A DNA stretch of 64,000 nucleotides, taken from the NCBI GenBank assembly GCA_965285935.1, contig OZ260667.1:29512001-29576000 (forward strand), read 5' to 3'. Both the position numbers and the translations under genes were made by a program. Position 1 is the first letter of the stretch, and each line of letters begins with the position of its first letter. The notes beneath the pieces were generated by a model. The model saw nothing but the letters and a program-made list of their open reading frames with translations. It had not been told where the DNA came from and did no database searches. The DNA is from Ophelia neglecta. Taxonomy: Eukaryota. This document shows, one piece after another, positions 39,201 to 51,600 of the stretch.

Positions 39201-40635
39201 GCTCAGAGAAAATCTGACGTCGACTTCATTTTATCAATTTGGCAATCTACTTCTCAATTCTAGTTTAGAGTAGGTTTTGTTTGCATGTTGCACATCAACA
39301 TTATCGATATATGTCTATGCACAAGGCCTTATCCTGACGAAAAACAATACGAAACTGTATGATAAATGATAATTAAGTGATCCTTTAGATGAAAAACCTG
39401 AGTACCCATGATTGTAGGCATGCATGCACCTTTTTTATGAAATGCAGAAAGTCCGAGGACTTGTGTTATCTAAAGCATTAAGTTTGCAATTTTGTGTTAA
39501 GAAAATGACAAATTGAGCAATAAGATTGTTTCGAAATCTATCCAAAATAAAAAATAATGAAAACGGCGATCAGTGATGAAATAGGTATCGTTTATCAAAT
39601 ATATTTTCAGGACTACATGTATGTAAGACTCAGCATATGAACTCCCCTGTGACCTTGGCGGGACACACTTACATGGAAGACACTATTTAATTAGAATTAG
39701 GCGAGGGTTAACGCGTCGGGAGCGGCTTATCTCGGGGATTAGCGTGTGGATACTAAGAGCAGGGTGATGGAAGTGATCCATGTGGCTGGTAACAGTGGAT
39801 ACCGCCCTGCTTCGTGCAAACACAAGCCCACAAAGACCTGACGGGCACATAATACCGGCACCACCTCTGTCAATACCCAGCCGGGCAGAGCAACCACGCG
39901 CTAATCTGGCCTGAATATCGTCAAACGCCGGACGAAAACATACAATTCAATTATGTGCATTTCGGCAATTGATTCGACAAACATAATAAAATGGCTGTGT
40001 AATTCGCAGACCGTGAGTTGTGCCTGATGGTAGGCACGCGGAATTTGGCTGCGGGAAGTGGCACTGCAGGCGATGCTACGGCTCATGGCCCGGGGATCTC
40101 CTCATGCTAGAAGAGGCATGACACCCTTCCAGCCAGTGACACCAAACATCAAACGATCGCAATTATTTGGCGGAATTAATAGAATATTGGGCGAGCAGTA
40201 AGGCTCAGCCAGACAAATGGAATTTGCAATATGCTTTCAGCGCATTGAGGAGAGAGAGAAGGCTAAGCGCATGTGCCTATGAGCCGACATAATGAGATAC
40301 ATGGCTGAAATACATCAATATTTAACGCAACCATCATCGCGTTCTTGTGAAATCTTAGATGCTCCGGTTTAAATGAGACGATACGGATCAACTTAATCTA
40401 TGTGTATAACACCGGTACCAGGTTAAGTATGATGGTCACAAACAACAAATATAATAGTATGAGGAGATATAAAATTGACTTAACGTGTGATATAGAAGAC
40501 TTGTTTAAGTTAAGTTTTAACTGTAATTTTCACTTACCCTGTTCGTTTGCGGTTGGCCGAGCCTTTCGCCCCGGAGACCACGGCATCCTCTATAGGTAGC
40601 ATCAGAATAAACAGCAGATAGACGAGGAGGTCCAT
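2831..40635 (-). CDS. Multi-exon gene (3'-partial) for an anion-selective Cys-loop ligand-gated ion channel subunit, glycine receptor/GluCl-like, with two clusters of duplicated alternative exons
   Basis: Exons join in frame with GT-AG boundaries and matching phases: [22 protein letters not shown]...[43 protein letters not shown]-[E/D]YSVS.YLRQ.W.DPRL...[11 protein letters not shown]...[33 protein letters not shown]...DCSQNYTAG-.F.C...M1-PAR-M2-M3. The Cys-loop C-x13-C, second (loop C) cysteine pair and PAR anion-selectivity motif are family hallmarks. M4 exon not found in the window. Confidence 0.95.
4497..4897 (-). CDS. Alternative exon 7C: loop C end + M1-M3 + proline-rich loop start
   Basis: tctttccatacag|GC GCA ... 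ATG GAG CAG|gtagct, 401 nt, phase 1-0; M2 = [23 protein letters not shown]. Confidence 0.93.
5568..5616. repeat. Imperfect (TA)n microsatellite
   Basis: Visible TA run. Confidence 0.85.
6026..6426 (-). CDS. Alternative exon 7B: loop C end + M1-M3 + proline-rich loop start
   Basis: tcccctcaacag|GA GCC ... ATG GAG CAG|gtatta, 401 nt, phase 1-0; M2 = [23 protein letters not shown]. Confidence 0.93.
8323..8720 (-). CDS. Alternative exon 7A: loop C end + M1-M3 + basic intracellular loop start
   Basis: ttttgccatcgacag|GA TCC ... ATG GAG CAG|gtattt, 398 nt, phase 1-0; M2 = [23 protein letters not shown]. Confidence 0.93.
10051..10182 (-). CDS. Exon 6: loops B/F/C, (F)[43 protein letters not shown](G)
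   Basis: tcttgcag| ... CAG|gttgga, 132 nt, phase 1-1; GYTM and LPQF motifs and first loop C cysteine. Confidence 0.95.
10300..10610. repeat. Short inverted-repeat element in intron 5 with arrays of GGAC...GTCC sub-repeats (MITE-like)
   Basis: GGACAAAATGGTC (10318-10330) is the exact reverse complement of GACCATTTTGTCC (10546-10558); related ~15-bp units on both sides of an AT-rich core. No TSD identified. Confidence 0.55.
10839..10921 (-). CDS. Exon 5: Cys-loop, [27 protein letters not shown](F)
   Basis: cttttccag| ... T|gtaagt, 83 nt, phase 2-1; C-x13-C signature. Confidence 0.96.
11731..11960 (-). CDS. Alternative exon 4B (loops D, A, E): [12 protein letters not shown]...[11 protein letters not shown]...[16 protein letters not shown](K)
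   Basis: tttttactaacag| ... AA|gtaagt, 230 nt, phase 0-2; same length and phase as 4A, 75-nt spacer intron. Confidence 0.93.
12036..12265 (-). CDS. Alternative exon 4A (loops D, A, E): [12 protein letters not shown]...[11 protein letters not shown]...[16 protein letters not shown](K)
   Basis: ttctcttttag| ... AA|gtaagt, 230 nt, phase 0-2, intact ORF. Confidence 0.93.
12623..12690 (-). CDS. Exon 3: (D)[22 protein letters not shown] (beta1, loop 2)
   Basis: ctcttccag| ... ATG|gtacgt, 68 nt, phase 1-0; resembles GlyR [22 protein letters not shown], which has a 68-nt homologous exon. Confidence 0.95.
14865..14926 (-). CDS. Exon 2: N-terminal helix, [20 protein letters not shown](D)
   Basis: ctcttctatag| acceptor, AAG|gtaaac donor, 62 nt, phase 2-1; LL.GY....PP matches the LL..YD.R.RP motif of Cys-loop subunits. 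Confidence 0.9.
17026..17049 (-). CDS. 24-nt microexon (phase 2-2), EKKDKEI(R)
   Basis: aattccttcag| acceptor, AG|gtgagc donor; purine-rich; phase 2 is the only stop-free frame and is the phase required by the flanking exons. Confidence 0.65.
19632..19688 (-). CDS. 57-nt symmetric (phase 2-2) N-terminal exon, (G)[18 protein letters not shown](S)
   Basis: ttgtccag| acceptor, |gtaagt donor, length divisible by 3, open in the required phase. Confidence 0.6.
24100..27560 (-). mobile_element. Heavily decayed non-LTR retrotransposon (LINE)-like remnant; boundaries approximate
   Basis: Minus-strand fragments in the expected order: VNAKQPQL...RPT (like APE endonuclease DFNAKHPxW...PT, ~27220-27090), LSWCAFEIL...LLKAIY (like RT DLSxAFD...LLxKL, ~25780), [13 protein letters not shown] (like GVPQGSxLxPxLF, ~25560); many stops and frameshifts. 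Confidence 0.4.
36815..36950. mobile_element. 136-bp MITE-like element with 15-bp imperfect TIRs and 5-bp TSD
   Basis: CAGTGGCGTAGGAAG ... CTTCCGACGCCTCTG (13 of 15 complementary); TTGCT at 36810-36814 and 36951-36955; internal poly-G tracts. Confidence 0.8.
40538..40635 (-). CDS. First coding exon: signal peptide ([32 protein letters not shown])
   Basis: ATG at 40635-40633, hydrophobic core, ends ACA GG|gtaagt (consensus donor, phase 2), matching the phase-2 start of the downstream exons; lies in a GC/CpG-rich patch. Confidence 0.8.
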
Positions 40636-41460
40636 GCTGTCCTTACTCTCTACCGGGATTCCTGCGCACGAGAATACATAGAAAATCTCCTTAGGAAGGG
40701 CATATGTCGGAAACAGGTACATTCACCATAGACGGGGTTCCGGCGGGGAGGACTGGGGTAGGAGGGTAAAGGGGAGGGCTCGCGGGTCCCGATACATGTC
40801 TCACCGGACTACAGAGGTAGAGGCGCACACACGCCTTCCTCTGTACACGATACTCCCTCACGCCTGAATTAACGCTTCCAAAATGGACTCCGCAGCATGG
40901 AAACACTGCTCTCCTCGCCTGCTTCAAGATGGCTTCGGTCGGCTCCTTGTCCTCCGGCGGACACGAACGCCGAAAACAGTCATCGCAGGCAACGCTGACC
41001 ACGATTAACAACTACACCGTTCTTTTGGTCTGAGTTTTGTGAGCAAGTGGTGGATAAATTGTGGTTATCCTAGGACTTCACCACAAGCTAGCCAGAGAAA
41101 TCCTCGCGCCACCGATGTACTTCAAATCATCTTACTGCGCAGCGAGCAGGCCAAGAAATAGGTACTGGCTTTAACGCCGCTCAGCCACAGCCTGGTCAGA
41201 GAAAGCAATATCTCGCCTGTGGTTTGACTGTATCTGGCAAAGACGGAACATGGACACTCCTGAACCCATTTTGGAATAAAGGCTCACTTCCTTTAGGGGT
41301 TGTTCAAAAGGGATGCCCGCCCGCCATTGCGATACCTCTGTTCACCAGCATCCATGTTTCTCCCAATGATGTATACGCCGACTACAAGTCGCTAAGACTT
41401 GCACTGGCTTGGCGGAGGGCGGCCAAATCCCGCGAAATATCGATCCAATCTCTCTCTACA
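40636..41460 (-). promoter_or_regulatory. Probable 5'UTR / promoter-proximal GC- and CpG-rich region of the channel gene
   Basis: Visibly GC/CpG-rich relative to flanks and directly upstream of the signal-peptide ATG; possible 65-nt UTR intron 40662-40726 (gtgaat...gtgcgcag). Confidence 0.45.
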
Positions 41461-44400
41461 GGCGAACAGGGTGCCGCACCACTAGTACCAGTATTTTTAC
41501 TTTAAGCATTTGCCGGGTGGAAACAAAATAAGCGTGTTTGCCCCTTAACCTGTTCTCTTCACAAGCGGAGAGGTGTTGGCCAGGAGATGGCATCTCGGCG
41601 GATGTTGTCCATGCACATCCGTTGTCTCCTTCGGTATCTAAATGCAGGAGGGGTGTAGTGCGCGGCTGGCAGCATCAGGTGTGCATGCATACATTTTGTA
41701 TTAGTTTTATCGTCCGACAATTAAAATTGGCCGAAATTGGTAAATCACTGCTGAACTTGCATCCGGACTATAGGCCTCCATTAAACCTCAGTAAGATAAG
41801 GCAGCAATCATATGATATATATGTAGGGAGTGGCGGAGGGAAGCTTTGATAATGCTCGGACCAGATTTCTTTCCAATTGGAAGCCTGATTTTTTTATACA
41901 GTGCACGTTTTATATATGGTCCGCTTAGGGTAAGATTTTTACGAAATAATTTTTTTCTGAAATTTCCATGATCCCCAGTATCAAATGGTTTCTGCCCAAT
42001 CAGGGCAGTCAATTCGTAGCTGTGTGCTGCAATGAATCCCTCATCAGCAGCCATCTGCTTCCGCCTCAGCGCTCTTCTCAGACGCAAGCCCTGGCCACCT
42101 ACCACCACACAAATATCATATTCAATAAAGTCCTCAAACTATATCCCGTATGGACCAAGATTAAACTATCCACTATGTGTGCCCGTGTCACGACCGTATA
42201 ATTAATCAAATTGCCTAAATTGGGCTGGCACTAACGACGAGATGTGACCTATCATTGAATGTGTTGCAGAAATGCATAGCTAAGATATTGCTCAGAGTCC
42301 TTGCCAGCTGAAACTTACTGAAATAACCAAGGGTGCGGTTAAAGGGGAGAATTGATTAGCAACCGACATTTCTGAATCTTGCTAATCGCGAAGACGACAA
42401 TTGGGCGAAAATTGTCACAGAAGACTGTTTCATTTGATAAATGGAAGATAGCGCGATATAAGAGAGGTAATTCTGGCCACTTGACTACACAGTCGGCCGC
42501 CTGTCAATACCAAGTGCCGGTATTCGCTGTAAATTACTGCCCATGTGTCAATATTCAGTCATGTTATGAGCGCTATCTTTGTCCCGACAACCAGTAATAG
42601 GTGATCCCGCCGCCTCGCAGGACGCTGCCTGCGGCTGTCCTTAAGGCCCCCTCACGGCTCATCGCCTTCTATTGATAAAGAAAATCCATTGGTGCTTTTC
42701 ATTGCGGGCGGGAAAGACATGTCAAATCTAATATTCTATAGGAGAATGCAGGCTTGATCGGCTGCTGCCATTAAAGCTCACATGGCGCGTCTTGTTGATG
42801 CATCGCATTTTGTTCAGAGGTGATCGAAACAAGGGCCAGTTCTTCCAGACTAACAAGCGAAATAAATATGATTACATCATCAGAGTGCACCCCATTGTGG
42901 CCAAATATAGGCCCACTAATAAATTATGTGCTATGCTGACGGTATATATATTGTCTTATTTACATTTCCGGTTGCCAAATGGTGATCCAGTAAGATATAG
43001 AATTGACAGTCATATTACTCCCATAAACATTTTCAGTTTCCCATTTGTACTCGATATAAACTTTTTTCCCATTTGTATTGTAATCCTAGCTTCCTCCATA
43101 ATTCGTCCACATTTATGTACATAGTACATGGATTATATATTTTCGATCAACAATAAGTATACTAGACAGTATGTATTTAGATAATAGTCGAAAATCAGCC
43201 AAATAAGTTGAAGCCTTTTTAAGACAGACTTATTTCGAGTTGGCCAAAATAACAAATGACAGTAAGGTATCGGCAATAAATAGCATAATCCCCGCAATGG
43301 CTGCCTATACAACCTTGATGCTCACAAACTGTCTCGGTTGTCAATTGTTTCCCGAGTATTCAGTTCCGCTCTGCCTACGGCTAGGATCAATGTATATCTT
43401 ACTTTGGCTGAAGAGTATCCACTCCTCTTTTTACACTACTTTCTGATCTTCTTGCCGTTAAACGTGTTAACTCACAATGAAAGAGTGATGGCTCACTTTA
43501 CCAAAGGAAAATTACATGTTCTAAACTAGATGATAGGTAAATTAGTTTTCGTTCCTTCTCAAATGGCGTAGGACCCTTTAAAGTCTTAAGCAGTGGTGTA
43601 TTTTGGAGAGCTTCTTTCATGGTTCTGTGTACTCTTGACTAAAGAAGGTGTTGCTCTTTAAGGAGATCTTTGTCCCCTCTGGGGCCAGGTGTCATCCTCA
43701 GTCTACGACTCAGGTTTGACCCACATCGGGCAAAAAGTGCAACACAGTGGACTGTTTCTCATTGCAAGTGGATTTGTGAGATTTCTTCGTTTTAAATGTG
43801 ATAATTTTTATTTATGTTTGGATATATTTGCCTATGCTAAGATACGTAGTCCGGAGTTGTTTGATTTCAGCTGATAAAGTTATAATTATAATTGTCTCTG
43901 CAGAAACGATACAGGTTGTTTTCGATTGGCGTGTTTCTTTTATAGTCAAGGCCTCCGTGCCCTTTTCTACTACTTTCTATGCGAACTAGAATTTGGTGGG
44001 AAAATGAAGTGCTGCATTAGTAAGATTAATGAGAAGTGACGCAAATAACACGTTGAACGAGCTACCGGTAAGCTATTTACTGGCTGCCCAGCGACATTTG
44101 TTATCTTTTGACCACTCGCAAGCTTGACCTAATTCGGTTGCCTTCAGAGAAACATAATTATGATCGGCGCGTGCTTGTCACATTGTATTTGAAATCACCA
44201 TTTAATAGGGCATAAGTATATACATAGTTTACCTAAAGGCCCAATTACTATCCGCCTACCCTTTGGCAGTAGTATTCTAATTAATACACTGCACTTCATC
44301 ACAAAAGTACGCTCAATGGGAAAATGTACAGGTATAAGGCTACATCTTTATCCAGAAAGTACGTTTTGTATTAATTATGTGTATTGCATACTATTTGGAA

Positions 44401-47143
44401 TTTTTTTTGTTGGATCTTCTGAATGCACTGACTTACGTAATCCATAAAGGATTTGCTAATGGTAAAAATAAAACATGAATCTGTTTGTGAAATCAGTAAA
44501 AAGGAGGCATGGGTTTGGCTAATTGAGTTATTTTTTTTTGCTTCAAACTCACTTGCTGGCAAAATGCCAATGGTTGGAACACTGCTCCCGGGAAGCATAC
44601 TAAGAAACACAGGGAAGAACAGGTGAGCGGATTGCCCGAGGGTAACATGCAGGTGACTACCAACAGGCACGCTCGGCTTCATGGGCATGTAGCAGGCCTA
44701 TATCCGAATTAATGATCAATCATATGCGGGCTTATGTCGTACTGAATTGGGATATCAATGGTATCATCATTCCGTTGTAGAGGGCATAGTGAAACACAAA
44801 GAAATTTAACGAACCAAAAGGCCATTTGCAAAACTATATTACGCCAAGAAACTTCACCTTCGGCTTGTTGCAGGGGTAGATAACTGCTTGGCCCCAAGCT
44901 ATTCTCTTCATCTTTAATACCCCAGATAAGAAATACCATGAAATCGAACTATAGAAGATGGGTCAAGGAGAAGGTCATAAGATGAATTATTTAATCAATG
45001 CGCCGTCGCCTCTAGCCTTTCAGTGGTCCTCGTTTTCCTGAGATGTTATTATGTTCCAATTTGAATTGTAGCTTAGCCATGGACACAAAGCAAGCAGGGC
45101 GCGGCTGCAACGCCAGCAATAGCATATTATCATCTCGCCAGATCACCCGCTTGCTAGCTAAATCAATAATAGCTGAGTCCGCTCTCTTGCTTAACAAGCT
45201 TCAAACCCAACCAAAACATGGGCTAACGCGCATTGAAGACCAAAGCCTCCTGGAACAACCAGTAAATAGTTGAGGGAGAGGCCGTGGTCACGTCAGTCAT
45301 GTCCACAAGTCCGAGCCGGAAACTGTCGTACCAAGAATTGGAGTCGAAAATGTCAGAACACATCAAAATTGGCAGACATAGCAATAAGGACGGGAATCTT
45401 TAAAATTGCTGGCTTGTTGTCATGTGCGGTGGAAATGATGACAAATGCCCCTGGCCAAGAAAGATATCTCACCTCACTTCTCTACACCTGCGACGTGGTT
45501 TTCCATTACATCAAAATGTTGGACTTGCTCGAGAAAATAAGAACAAAAATCAATGTATTAGGGGCAAGGGAGCTTCTTCCCACCTGAGCCATGTGCTCTT
45601 GTCTCATCATAATATTTCCTACACCCTAGAGTCCCCAAAGGTGAGCGGTGACACTACAAACCATAGTTTCGCCGTAATTAGGGCTGCATTGTTGTGGTCG
45701 ACTTGACAGTGTGGGGGTCCATTTCAGAACAAAAATCCACAATAAGGTATTGATATCCGATATTTTACCTGATGCTTCCAGTCTTGATCCTTATGCGGGA
45801 GACTTTTTAATGGGAATTGTATATATTGTATAGTAAAGTAAAAACGGAAGGGTAGAATTCCTTCAGAAATTGTCTTGGCCTGTATTATTATACGGGTTAT
45901 TTCAAAGGTGAAATGTAAGCGTGCACTTTATTTTATAATTTTAGCGATTCGCAAAAGTAAACTGCACAAACATTTCATTCTGCATTAGATCATGTTAGCT
46001 TTTTTAATAATCCCGAAAATAGCTTGGCACACTTAAATGTAGCTGAATCCGTGAAAAATTCATGTTGTACACCTGATACAAGGGATCAATCCAGACCATC
46101 CATATATATCCGGTATAAAATTACTGGTCTACCACATACCCTGCTAGTAATGTCCCCCGCTGAGAACATTCTTTACGATCAACACTTCCCTAAACCAGGA
46201 TCAGCAACAGATAAATGACTCAGTTTCTAAATACAATATTATTTTGAAGTTTCACGCGTGCACTGGTTTTTATATCAACTAACGGATGCATTCCAGTTTA
46301 ATCGAGAAAAAAGTAGCGCTGAGAAAAAACATGCCTGAACCCCAGACGAACCTAACACGTAAGTCGTTAGCGTTTATCTATTTGCATTTTAGCATCAGTT
46401 TACACGTGCTTCCTACTATTACTGACGTAGGGCATAATAATAGATATTTCCAATTGATGTTCGGAGATGGGCTCTTAACGTTTAAACGCATTTCGACATC
46501 ACCTGAGTATCATTTTGTTGACATGACCTCATTGACACAGATTTCAGGCACTGTACTATTTTAAATGCCCCTCACGGTTAAATGTAGAATCCTTGTCGAT
46601 GCAAAACTACTGTCTACCTGCATTTCAGGAGTAATCTACCTGGTAAAGCAGAGACTATGGTGTCTGGCTGCTTCATGAATATTTACTTTGTCTATAACGG
46701 AAGCCGGATGGTATTTTTTGAGCTGCCTTTCAGGTTTGCCTGCACAGCAGCGAGTTATGCATGTATGTAGTTCAGACGCCTCGTCTGTCTCACAGCATTA
46801 AGACTACTGTACACTGACAACCTCAGATGTGAAGGCCGGATGGACTACAAAAAGAAACCCACAGGGAATTCGTTTGTTAGGCCGCCGTAAAAACTTTGTG
46901 TGAGGAAACCGAAGCCTAATCGTGGAAAAGCAATAAAATGGTACAGACAACGGGGGCAGACAAACCCAACGCCCTAAAGACGAATTTAGGCACCGACATA
47001 AGCCCGATAAGTCCTAGGAAAGGGACATGGTTTAGTTTAAAATGTTTAATATACACTGTACAAGAGGAAAGCTAACCACCAAACCGCTCATATTAGAACC
47101 GCCTCCTCAGAAGAATCCAATAAACAGCGATAAGCGTAGGTAC

Positions 47144-48606
47144 GGCGCAATGAGAAGGTACGCCTGATATCTACATGCCGCAATGAGAAGGTACGCCTGA
47201 TATCTACATGGCGCATGAGAAGGTACGCCTGATATCTACATGGCGCATGATAAGGTACGCCTGATATCTACATGACGCAATGAGAAGGTACGCCTGATAT
47301 CTACATGGCGCACGAGAAGGTACGCCTGATATCTACATGGCGCATGATAAGGTACGCCTGATATCTACATGGCGCATGATAAGGTACCCCCAGGGCATGA
47401 AGCTAATTGAAATTTACAACTTGCCCTCTGGGCAATTAAATAAACTTTTTAACTTGACTCCTCCCAAATTTGCTTGCCCAGGGGCTAGTTACATGTAAAA
47501 CAAACTTGCCCAACTGAAAATCTAGTTGCCCTAAATTAATTTGATCCAAATATGCTAGATATCTTTAATATTCTAATTCATAAATAAGGCATATCATAAA
47601 AAAAAAAGCAAGGCGCGGGATGGCGCCGGTGACTAGGCTTCAGTTGCAACGCTTTTGCTGCGATACTGTCATACATGCAGTGACCTGCCTAACTTTCACC
47701 CAGTCAAAAATGGCGTCCAGCGGTAAATGCTTGCCTCGGAAAACCATAACTTGCCCGAAATTTAACCCAGTAACTGGCCCCCGCTGCTGTATTGGCCCGG
47801 CGGACAAATTAAGTAACTGATCAGCTTGCCCTTCGCGAAAATAGCTTGTCCCGGGCCAACGGGATAGCGGCAATTTCGTGCCCTGTACCCCTGATATCTA
47901 CATGGCACAATGAGAAGGTACGCCTGATATCTACATGGCAGAATGAGAAGTTACACCTGATATCTACATGGCGCATGACAAGGTACGCCTGATATCTACA
48001 TGGCGCATGATAAGGTACGCCTGATATCTACATGACGCAATGAGAAGGTACGCCTGATATCTACATGGCACAATGAGAAGGTACACCTGATATCTACATG
48101 GCGCACGAGAAGGTACGCCTGATATCTACATGGCGCACGAGAAGGTACGCCTGATATCTACATGGCGCAATGAAAGGGTACACCTGATATCTACATGGCG
48201 CACGAGAAGGTACGCCTGTTATCTACATGGCGCAATGAGAAACCTGCATGGCGCAATGAGACACCTGCATGGTCCAATGGGAAACCTGCATGGCGCAATG
48301 AGAAACCTGCATGGCGCAATGGGAAACTTGCTAGGCGCAATCAGAAATCACGACCTGCTACCTGCATGGCGCAATGACAAGGAACGGCCTGATATCTGCA
48401 TGGCGCAATGAGAAAGTACGGCATGGTATCTTCATGGCGCAAGGACAAGGAACGGCTTGAAATCTGCATGGCGCAATGACAAGGAACGGCCTGCGCTGCA
48501 TGGCGCAATGAGAAGGTGCGCCATGATATCTGCATGGCGCCAGGACAAGGAACGCCCTGCTTGCTGCATGACACAATGACAAATTACGGCCTGATATCTT
48601 CATGGC
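47144..48606. repeat. 27/28-bp minisatellite (ATGAGAAGGTACGCCTGATATCTACATGGCGC[A] family), interrupted by a TIR element and degenerating rightwards
   Basis: Directly visible tandem copies at 47144-47390 and 47886-48230; shorter 19-bp and divergent derivatives up to about 48606. Confidence 0.95.
47391..47885. mobile_element. 495-bp non-autonomous DNA transposon (MITE, hAT-like termini) with 6-bp TSD
   Basis: TIRs CAGGGCATGAA / TTCGTGCCCTG (10 of 11 match); TACCCC duplicated at 47385-47390 and 47886-47891; multiple internal (A/G)CTTGCCC motifs. Confidence 0.88.
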
Positions 48607-51600
48607 GGCCAGTCACATCTGCCATTGCCCCGATATAAATGATGTTGGCTTTACCATCCGCAGGAGGTTTGGTTTTTAATTTCTCGTTTATTTTTTCGAA
48701 AAGGAAGTCCCGTAGACATTAATTAAATAGCCAAACCGTTTGCAGCCGCATGTATGCAATATTAAAAATGTTTCAAAGTGAAAAAAATAGAAGGGGATTC
48801 CAGGTAGACAAACTAAATGAGTAATCATGAATAGTCCTTTAAATCACCAGGAACCATCAGCTATTGCCCCCCACCCCCACCCCCAGCCCATACCCTAAAT
48901 CAATTCGCTTTTTATTGAGTAAATGCTCAGCCACAATATATTACCTAGTCTCCTGTACTCTTTATTGTAAATTCCAGGAGAATACCGTCAGGAATGGTGC
49001 TGACAACTTGGGGAAATTTGATTTAATGTCACATTCCAACAACATATACCATCAAAACGAAGTCACGTTAAAACCTCATTTATAACCTGGTGAAGTAATC
49101 ACGATGCATCGTGGCTACAACTAAGTCACTACGGATCTAGAAGTATCTGAATGGTGGTGTCGGGGAGGGGGGGGGGCATTATCAGATCCTCTCCGTCGAG
49201 GTGTATATGCAGCAGCGCAGGCCGGTGATTCTCAGACCACTGTTGTTTCTGAGGCCTACAAAGCACCTCCCTGACACTGCTATATCATGTGCCTTTCATA
49301 CAGTAATTCTTTAACACGTTCCTTTCGTTTACCTAGATATTGTCAAGGTACAGCTCAAAACCCAAGGGACAAGTACAACGACGCGTGCCAAACGATCTCA
49401 TATATTATTATCTTCCATTGTTTTGAAATCATTTGCATATTGTTGTGCTGGAAGTGAATATTATGCGCGCACTGGACTGTACCTGATAGCCCCTGGTGAA
49501 TTTGGAACTTTATCATACATTGGCTTCTGTGATGTTATAACCCAGTCAGTTTTACCTCGACTGCCCTCTTGGTTGCCCAATTACAATTAGTCTGTTTCCT
49601 GATTCAAAGGGTTGAACTACCGTTGGACATAAGACAGCCATGCAAAGAGACGGCCCAACTGCTCTCCATTTGATGCATGCTTCAATTAAATTCCCATTTT
49701 ATAATATTTCATGGATTTGTTTACTCGGAAAACTTTTTTTTAGCGTAACCGTTTTCCTCCTTATCTGGCGGCGGCCTGTTCCCGAATCCTTCACTTTTCG
49801 TAAAAGCCCATAATACAACTAAAGACAAGGGTAATGCTAAATGTAACCGATCGTATGCCCAGAAAGATAAGGTTTTGCCCAGAGATTGGGCAAAGAATGA
49901 ATACCACTCGATATAAAACCATATTGCACTTCCTGCCGCCGAGTCGTTCAGCTCTATCAGCAAAATCAACCGGCAAAAATACTGAGATAGTCTCGAAAGT
50001 TAAAACTTAATAAACGTGTCTTTTTGCATTAACGTAAATCTGTCTCTATTATGCATAGAACTCTCTTCCAAGCTCCAGTGCATGAAACACTGAAATAATG
50101 ACAACAAATTTCACAATAAAATCAGCACGTTCATGGTTACCAGTACTTTACATTCAATGTAAAAAAAAACAAGGCATATAAATGAAACCAATTTGAAATC
50201 TAAGAGAATAGACATTCATAGAGCTTCCAACTCAACACTACTTGAATCGAGACTATGTGATGTCAATTTGCTGTCTAATTTGCTGTAAAGTCTTTTAAAG
50301 CGATTATTTGGGAGTACGATAATTGGATTTCGATAATAATCTACACATGCATGAATACTCTTATGATTTGATTAGCCCCACACAAAAGGGGTTTAACGCC
50401 ACTGGCGTTTCCTGCTTTGTGTGGTAACCGGACATTAGTCAGGTGATACGAGTTAACATAAAAGCGCTAGTAGCGGCTAATTGGCAGATAATTACTGAGC
50501 AAATCAGGACATAGCGTGTGAAGAAGCCATCTACACGAGAACAGAGAAAGTGTTTATACAAAAATATGCTAAATATACTCCTTCAGCGATATGATGTATT
50601 GTGTGTAGTCAGTCCATAACCAATCATATCACCTCTCGTCTGCCGAAACTCCTGAATATTCATCCTTTGCCCATTGGACCAGATATGAACGCTCTGCAGA
50701 TTAATCATAAAAGCCCCATTCTCTCACTTGTCTGCCATTGGCAACCCATGACCAGATTATACAGGTCAATGGCTTCGTACAATCAGGACACACACGTTTT
50801 TACCAACACTATCGGATTATTGTTCACAGCAGCTGTAGCTTTCTGGCTCTTCGGACAAGCATGTGTCCCAATCACACTTACAGCCGGGCATTAATACCAC
50901 GATTCAGAATACGAATTCCTCCGTATTATCAACCGACGTCCCCCGTTAAACAATTCGATTTATCAAACAAAGCATCAATGGCACACTTTTTTTCGTTTCC
51001 CACATTTACAACCGACCTGTATCGGATAAAGACGCATGCGTCCAGGGCGAAATGAAATTATTAGCCGACTGACGTACGAGTTTGATTCATGAACGCCAAT
51101 ATATTCGGCAAATGCTGCAGAACGAGACCTGATGCTGAGTAGCTCTTAGAGAGATTATGTGACCCGAAAGGATCTCAGTCCCTGCACGAGGTAAGATGAG
51201 AGTAAAATGGCGCAATTTGCTGCTTAGATGCCTAACCTAGATTGTGTTAGAAGTACTGGCCTTGGATCTTTTATGACAGTATGTCACTCTACCAATGTCA
51301 GGTTATGCCTATAACAACAAGCCAATATGAAGGTCCTCATTCGCTAGCCGTTTGTCGTAATGTCCACAAGATATGAACTTAACTATAGACAGTATACTGG
51401 TGGACAGTTCAATATTTAATACCATAGTTTGACCCTTCAATATATTACTGTATGGACATTTGTGGTAAAGATGCCAGTGTACTTCGGAATCTTACCGCCA
51501 TCCTGCCTTTCTGCAATATGTATATTTGTGCTTAAATGACAACAAAGCTCAGCCACGAAATTAGGTAAGGACTTTCGTGACAAACAGACACCATTTTCCA

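Noticed and set aside
44553-44648. Alternative first or internal exon (ttcttag|47 nt|gtgagt; MLPSGNPLTCSSLCFLVCF...)
   Set aside because: The signal-peptide-like frame ends in phase 0, incompatible with the phase-2 chain; it could still be a UTR exon but has no other support.
47144-48606. CRISPR-like array or coding repeat ORFs (48130-48603)
   Set aside because: Head-to-tail repeats without unique spacers in eukaryotic DNA; ORFs are repeat translations.
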